NCBI RefSeq assembly: GCF_006345805.1
Contig: NC_042999.1
Coordinates: 171,616,001 to 171,680,000 of the forward strand
DNA length: 64,000 nt
Direction of reading: 5' to 3'
DNA from: Octopus sinensis
Taxonomy: Eukaryota
Part shown: in pieces, positions 56,401-64,000 of the stretch
How the letters are laid out: the number at the start of each line of letters is the position of its first letter
Position numbering within the stretch: position 1 is the stretch's first letter
The notes under the pieces: model-generated
What the model saw: only the letters and a program-made list of their open reading frames with translations
The model's database searches: none
Told to the model about the DNA's origin: nothing
Program-made: the position numbers and the translations under genes

Positions 56401-57676
56401 TGGGAAATTAATAAACCTGAAGAATTTATTTCTTTTAAGAATAATATTACGCTTTCTCTGAATACAGATTCTGATTATTTGTTACAAAGATATCACCCAA
56501 ACCATCAAGGGATTGAATGAACCACCTCGGCATTTTCAGGCTTAACAAATATAAGAGCTGTTACAATTCCAATATCAATTTATGCAAGCATATCTGTAAT
56601 TTATCTATGCACACGCAGATCACACGGGGTGCTACAAGAGAGCTGAATATAGTAGCGGAATAGTTGAAACAGATAAGACTTGGGTTGTTTCCCAACCCAC
56701 CAGATTGGAAGCGTCAGTGGAAAAGAACAATAATATTAACTCTAATAACTGGTTCCCCAAGGCTTTTAAGCAGCGAGGGTTGTTAGCAAGATGGTAGAAT
56801 GATGGTAAAATGAACCCGGACAAGATGGTACAATATATAGCTGCGGTTGATCACCTTGTCGAATCTCTGCCGGGCTGACGACTAGTGCATTAGATTTCTG
56901 ATCTTCATAGACTATGATACTTTATCAAACCTAACGAAACTTCAAAAATGGGGCAGAATGAAATACCTTCCTGTTCCTTGTATATCAGTAGTGTCCCTTC
57001 AACATTTCAGTAACTGCCTCAGCGTCATAATCAATGCCGCTACCGCAGGAGGCATGACTAAACGCTTTGGCATTTGCGCACGTGATATGAACACCTATCC
57101 AGTTCAGTAAATACCTCCCCAGGAATGAAGCCATCACTTTTCTCATATACATACACACACACATATATATAAGCACACACGCTCAAAGACATCTATATAT
57201 GTACATGTTCATATCTGGGTGAACATACGCACACCATACATAATTACGCATTATGATTAATTTTAACAATAATTGATTAATATAATTAAAGGATCATCAC
57301 TGATTAAATAAATTTGCCAAGTTTTTTTTTTTTATTTTAGCCCCCACTCTTAATTTTTGTCCGAGCATTTATCCTTCAAACTGCAAAATGGAATTTTATT
57401 TTAATTCTTAATTTAATTTATTCTAAGTTATTTTAATTTTTAATTTAATTGCTGTCACACTTATATATCCAAATTCATATATTTGGTGTGTGTATATTTA
57501 TGGAGAAATTTGAACATGTACACATATAGATGTTTTTGAGTGTGTGTTTTATATATATGTGTGTATGTGTATGCAGATGTATATATGTGTATGTATGTAT
57601 AGATATATGTACGCGTGTGTATATATGTATGTACATGTGTGTGTAGGTGTTGGTGTATATATATATATATATATAG

Positions 57677-57734
<58 letters not shown>

Positions 57735-57778
57735 CACTACGCATTCTTTATTTACTCTCCCTGTTTCTTTCTGTGTTC

Positions 57779-57814
57779 CTTTCTGTGGAAGAGCGTAGGC
57801 TTGAAACGTTAAAG
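57779..57814 (+). ncRNA. Minimal type I hammerhead variant (core A6>U)
   Basis: CUUU CUGUGGA A GAGC(GUAG)GCUU GAA ACGU U^AAAG; stem I CUUU/AAAG; palindromic ACGU helix III. Confidence 0.55.
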
Positions 57815-58650
57815 ACTTAAGAATTTTTTCACTTCCCGACCATACCAATACAAAAGCCCCGCCTCTTTACCTCCCTCTTCTTCTCCAAAAATGTTTTCTT
57901 CTTTCTTCTCCCTTGCTTGGCAAACCCCAAAGTTTTATATATAATAAGGACAAGAAATCTAAATTTAAACTACCTTTTGATAAATCTGATAACAGAAGAA
58001 AGCGCTAAGAATATATGTATAAAATGTAAATAAATATATATATAATCATCTAACAGTCTGACTACCCTATTATTGTAAATATATATATATATATTATATA
58101 TATATATATCACTATATATATATATTACTATAATTCTCAATTTCGTGAGACTTCATAATGTATTCTGAATTGTCTGTATTCAGGTCTGTGATTATCGATT
58201 GATATATAATATTCTGGGATGACATAATATTGTCGTCTGATTTCACCTTTTCGTAATGTTGGAATATCATGGTACTTATCTCATAAGATACGCTTTATGT
58301 TTATATTGGCAAAATTAGTTGAAAATGATAAACGATTTTGTGGAAGAAGAGTACATAACATTGTTTTCAACGCTTATCACCTGATATGAACCAAGCTCCG
58401 GATAACCAATCATCAGAGCACCGCGCTAAGTATTTCCAGGTTTGAAAGCTGGAAGGTACATGACCGATACACTATACAAAATAATTTACTTTTCTTTGTG
58501 CTAGGATAAATATAGATGTGGTATATGTAAGTATGTATACGCACGCACACGTATATATATATATGTGATCTCAACATGTGATCCCTTGAGCACCACCAGC
58601 AAAAATATTTTTTCCTCTGTCTTCCCTTCTTGGGATCTTTCCTTCTCCTT

Positions 58651-58685
58651 GTTTCCGACGAAGACCTCCGCTCGAAACGTTAAAC
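58651..58685 (+). ncRNA. Minimal type I hammerhead variant (core U4>C)
   Basis: GUUU CCGACGA A GACC(UCC)GCUC GAA ACGU U^AAAC; stem I GUUU/AAAC; one mismatch in stem II. Confidence 0.55.
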
Positions 58686-59829
58686 CCTCCTTCCCTTCTT
58701 TCCTGAGCGTCAATAATACTTTATTTGTTCCACGTCCTCGCGTTGCTGTTTTTTCTTTTTCTTTCTGTGTTTTCTTGTTTGGATTAACCTTATATATATA
58801 TATATATTTGACGGACACTTAGGTATTGTTGTTCATACACACATGCCCGCACTTACACACACTCTCAAACACACACACATATATAGGCATGTGTGTGTGA
58901 GTGCGCGTGTGTGTCTGTGTGTGCGTGTGTGTATGAACTCATAAAGCTCCCTCAGCGACATGCAGAAAAATTCATGGTGAATATTACTAATGTGTTGCAT
59001 GTGCTGGAATGATTCTCGAGTTAGAATGAATGTGAGAATAGAATAGATATGGAAGTTAGCAGATACCTCAGATATAGCAGACGCACGATCAAGGCATAAG
59101 GAATCCGTGAGGTCAGAAGCTGTCGGAAGTCTTGAACTATTCAGCAGGAAAATGCCTTACTATAAACATGCGCAAATTATTCAAAAGTTTAATAGTTTAT
59201 TCTGTCAGCAGGTAGTGCAGCATGCAATAAGAGAATCAAAACTTCATAATTTTTCCAACAGAGTAAATGCCGCTGATTCAATATATGTATCTATCAGGAG
59301 TGATGAGCCGTTTTTGTATAGTCTTCCTTGGGCCCAGTATATGAGCTGGATCACTCTGACTGTGTCGATTGGTGGACCTGTCTAACTTTTAGAAGGTATA
59401 TATTTTATACAAATATTTTATAACTATTTATTTGTACATGTATGGAATATTTGTATGAATCTAGATTATGGGACAAGCCCTGAGAGAGAAAGATAAATTG
59501 ATATATAGCTATAGACATAAATATGCGATGAGAAACATAATTGCATTACTCGGTATTGAAAAAGCTATATGAAAAAGTCATCACCGGCAACACAAATATC
59601 ACTAATGCAAAGACAAGGCGGCGTGGGGTGGAGTTGTTGGTAGTTCACGGCATAGTATGAAATAAAATTATAGTGAATTTAGTGAATTATACTGAATCGC
59701 CGATTTGAGCGATACTCTGCACTTCATTGACCATAGAGTTTAGTTAGATTTATTTAATGGCTTAAAGTGTAAATATATGACCCGAAACTACACCATTAAA
59801 CGTAATTCTGGGAAGAGAAGATAACGTTG

Positions 59830-59902
59830 TACGTGTGTGTGTGTGTGTGTGTGCGTGTGTGTGTGTGGCGTATGCGAGCCTGTGTTTGTGTACGAATGTA
59901 TG

Positions 59903-59946
<44 letters not shown>

Positions 59947-60118
59947 AATATATGTATATATATATATTCACATATATATGCATATAGCATACATACATAC
60001 ATATATATATACACATATGTATATACATATATATATACATACATATATACGTATGCATATATATATACATATGTATATACATATATATATATACATATGT
60101 ATATACATATATATATAC

Positions 60119-60149
<31 letters not shown>

Positions 60150-60243
60150 CATACATACATTAATACATATATACATATGCACAGTCATATATATACATAT
60201 AGCTATAAACACATACACACACACACACACATATATATGTATA

Positions 60244-60284
<41 letters not shown>

Positions 60285-60290
60285 GTATGA
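59830..60290. repeat. Long compound (TG)/(TA)/(TACA) microsatellite
   Basis: Visible directly; source of the 170-aa Y/I/M/C ORFs. Confidence 0.95.
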
Positions 60291-60945
60291 ATATTGGCAT
60301 ACAAACATGAAACACCTGTGTTCTGTTGCGTTGCGCTAATTTTATAGAAAAACAAAACACAAATTCACATATAAGATGAACGTCAAGCGTAATAATTGCA
60401 TTGTGTGCGTCGCTGTTTATTTCTTGTTGTCCTAAATATTTCCACCAAAAAATAGTAAAGCAAAAGTGATTTTAAAAAAAACACAAAGCGAAGTGAGTTT
60501 TATTATGAATAATGAAAAAAATATATTTATACTCATACAATATAAGAACAAAAATATACAAGATTACATAAAATTTGTTATACGTAGTCAGAAAAACTCT
60601 GTATTTCTATCTTGACAATGGAAAACTTACAAATTATTTGGAATAGGTATTTTGTATTTTAGTGAAATATTAACAATACAGCAAAGAAAGTTCTTTTTTT
60701 ATTGTTTTTCTTTTGAACACTATATACATTAGTAACAAAGACAATACGATAAAATGCCACCAGAAAAACATAATATCGTCAAAAATAGTCACATGAAAGT
60801 GGTTATATGTTAAAAATGTTCCCTCTTACCCTGTCTATGTCCTTAACGATTAGCTTGTCTATCTAGCTATCTATTCGTCTGTATATCAACCTATATATCT
60901 ACACTTATAATGTAACCAATGCAAGATTTATACATGTTAACATAA

Positions 60946-60978
<33 letters not shown>

Positions 60979-61019
60979 CGTACACCACCAGCACGCATAT
61001 CTATGCACACTTTTATTCT

Positions 61020-61165
61020 TTTATCTGTTTCAATAACTTGACTGTGGCCATGCTGAAGCAACGTTTCCAACTATTTTAATCGAAGAAATCGACCTCAGAA
61101 CTTATTCTTTGTAAGCCTAGTGCTTATCATATCGATTTTTGTGCCGAACCGCTGGATTACGGGGT

Positions 61166-61168
<3 letters not shown>
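61020..61168 (-). mobile_element. Family B SINE 3' fragment
   Basis: Matches 52105-52230. Confidence 0.7.
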
Positions 61169-61203
<35 letters not shown>

Positions 61204-61372
61204 ATAAAACTAAGGTTAAAGAACAAACAAATGCAAGGTCATCCGCATAACATTTCATAATTCGAGCATTTAATCATAGAATATAATAATTACTTGAATA
61301 ATTTTATAAGATTTCTAAACGATGAACTTTTATTTTATTTACATGATATATATTATATTTTTTTATATGCTT

Positions 61373-61442
<70 letters not shown>

Positions 61443-61707
61443 TTTTATATACCTATATATTTTTATATATACTTTATATTATAGTTTTACTTTCTAGATG
61501 TTGTAATGTTTTTTTAAAAAAATCTATTTTTCTGAATCGCTAAAGTATTAACTCTAAACCGTGATGAACTTTTTTCTCGCACCTTATTATATGCTTATTG
61601 CTTGTACAGATGAATTACGTTCCATCTTGCGGGATGTTTAAATGTATATTCTATGATTAAATGCTGTATTCTTTCTCACTCCTTCTTGTTTCTGTTGTAT
61701 TTGTATT

Positions 61708-61878
61708 TCAAAGGACCGGCCTTGTCACACACCCTGTGTGAATATCCCCGAGAACTACGTTAAGTGTACACGTGTTTGTAGAGGGCTCAGCAACTTGCAC
61801 GTTAATTTCACGCGCAGGGTGTTCCGATGATTCGATCAACTTGAACCCTCGTCACCGTAACCGACGGAGTACCACGAC
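61708..61878 (+). mobile_element. SINE-like interspersed repeat fragment
   Basis: ggccttgtcac..ccccgagaactacgttaag..gcacgttaatttcacg..gtaaccgacggagt, recognised as a common cephalopod-type repeat body. Confidence 0.5.
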
Positions 61879-61899
61879 AAATATATATATACAATTTAA

Positions 61900-62064
61900 G
61901 ACACTCACTGGTAAAATCGCCACTTATTTCTTATTTTTATTTTCCTAAAATTTTTGTCGCGTCTTGCAGCCTTTTCAGTAGTTAAGATTATTGAAAAGTT
62001 GCAAGATGCAACGAAAATTTTAGGAAAATAAAAATAATAAGCGGTAATTTTACCGGTGAGTGTG
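61900..62064. mobile_element. Palindromic MITE with TTAA target site
   Basis: TTAA|GACACTCACTGGTAAAAT ... ATTTTACCGGTGAGTGTG|TTAA; arms pair along most of the length. Confidence 0.8.
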
Positions 62065-62127
62065 TTAAATTATAAGGCCCCAAAAGAATATGACTCTCCC
62101 CAGACACAACAGTATATGTATATATAT

Positions 62128-62163
<36 letters not shown>

Positions 62164-62180
62164 ACACACACATATATATA

Positions 62181-62219
<39 letters not shown>

Positions 62220-62792
62220 GATATGTTTAGTCCACTGGTGATCTAGAGGAATAGGTACACTGAGTAAGTGATATAATTGCTTATATGCTAGGTTCAATTT
62301 CACAGCTGAGGCTGGAGCTAGGGATCTGTATTAGGCTTCCGTACCTTATAAGAGCCTATACCTTCACGGATGTGCGGACCAATTTCCATATCATTTGTAA
62401 AAAGATGAACTGTGATCTTTATTCCCCGGTCAGTGTTCTTGTATCTACTTTTACTCTTTATTCTCCTATTTTATTCCTTATAAACTATGAATTTCTCTGT
62501 TTAGAAGTTGACTAGAACTTCTCGTCCTGCCTTAGTTCTTTTTTGTCATTTTCCTCTAACACACACACATACACACACATGCTTACTACTTTAGTTATAT
62601 TTTGACTGTCGCCGTCTACTCTTAATCTATGTTTTGGAGAGTGTTCGTAAAATATTATCTTCCCCACATCTCTTTCCGTCTGTCTGTCTGTCTGTTTTTC
62701 TCTCTCTTTCTCTCTCACTTGTTCTAGCAAAGGTAGACACGCGAATATTGAAGCGGGCACATAACTTACATATCATTGTACATATATATAGA

Positions 62793-63223
62793 TGTTAGTT
62801 AGTTAGTTAGTTAGTTAATTTGGCTCAAAAGCAAATAGCAAGGCCATGTAGGGGGACATGGAGTTAAGTACAGGGTGGTGTTCATGTAAAGAGTTCAGGC
62901 CACTTGAGGTCCAGGGAGGCTTTGAACAAAGCGGTCGTCGGCATCTTCACCATCTCGTCTGGCAGCTTGTTCCACGGATCCACAACCCGGACGGAGAAAG
63001 CTTCTCTCCTTCGATTGAGATGAAATCGTCGCAGGTAGAGCTTTTCGGAATGACCCCGCAGCCGACGCTCCGGGGCAGGAGTGAAGAACAGCTCTTTCGA
63101 GAGGTTACACTTCCCGCTTATGATGTTGTGGGCGAGAATGAGATCACCACAGCGGCGGCGTTTTTCAAGAGAATAAAGGTCGAGCGTCCTCAGCCTTTCT
63201 TCGTAGGACAAATTTTTGAGACC

Positions 63224-63226
<3 letters not shown>
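62793..63226 (-). mobile_element. CR1-clade LINE 3' end with (TAAC)n tail
   Basis: LSYEERLRTLDLYSLEKRRRCGDLI..RGHSEKL..FSVRVVDPWNKLP* is the canonical CR1 ORF2 C-terminus. Confidence 0.95.
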
Positions 63227-63264
<38 letters not shown>

Positions 63265-63274
63265 CACACACACT

Positions 63275-63376
<102 letters not shown>

Positions 63377-64000
63377 CACAAACTGATAGGGTCGCAGATA
63401 GAATGCAATAGATAAATAGAGAGCTAGGTATAGAATGAATACGTAAGATGAGTATAGAGGGAGAAATGTAGTTGGAGAGCTAATAGCGATGCGGTGCGAA
63501 GTCAAAATTTCGATCAATAAATTGAGGTGCATGATTTCATAAAAATTCTATTATGGTAACCAAATATTGTTTCCAAATTGTACTGGTTGCAATAACTTAT
63601 GCGTTATTGACATACAATTGCTAATAATTTACTACAGGAAGACATGAGAATGCGTGACATCCATAACTTTCTAAACGCTATTACCGTTGAAACTGAAATG
63701 TACACACTTTACTGCCAAGGAACGAATATATCTATAGATGAATTCATCGCTGCAACATGTGCCTCTATGCTTCTGACGAAGCCAACGCAATAAGTTTTAA
63801 ATATTTATTGAACTTTTATTTATTGAAGTATTGAACTTTTATTTATTGAAGTATTAACAGCAAAATCTTTTTCAAATTACAATCTAGCGTGTCAAATAAT
63901 GAAATAATACTTGCAATGTAAGTACCAGAGATAAGGATATACGTGCTGGTTATATTCGAAAAGCGTATTATCAGATACACGTTTGACAAGGATTAGCTTT

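Noticed and set aside
62231-62247. cactggtgatct matching helix III of the 32.8-kb ribozyme
   Set aside because: No upstream CUGANGA/GAAA and no flanking homology.

Overview
AT-rich, microsatellite-saturated eukaryotic DNA. The SINE/LINE repertoire resembles a coleoid cephalopod (Octopus-like); this is recognition from memory, not a database result. No host protein-coding gene or intact transposon ORF can be supported, and nearly all short ORFs in the track are translations of (TA)n/(CA)n/(TACA)n/(AAT)n repeats. The window is a transposon graveyard: R4/Dong-like RLE LINE fragments, Tx1-like, CR1 and Penelope-like (PLE) retroelements, near-complete Tc1 and mariner elements, MITEs, two non-autonomous Helitrons and many tRNA-derived SINEs. 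The most notable signal is RNA structure that the ORF track does not show. Two type I hammerhead ribozymes with intact cores (8433-8500 minus, 32808-32883 plus) sit in diverged copies of one non-coding repeat and show compensatory stem changes. Two minimal dimer-type hammerhead variants (57779-57814, 58651-58685) and several degenerate motifs are also present. Together they suggest a ribozyme-bearing non-autonomous PLE/retrozyme-like family. Also seen: microsatellite-targeted LINE insertion, several long fold-back palindromes and a strong minus-strand bias of LINEs.
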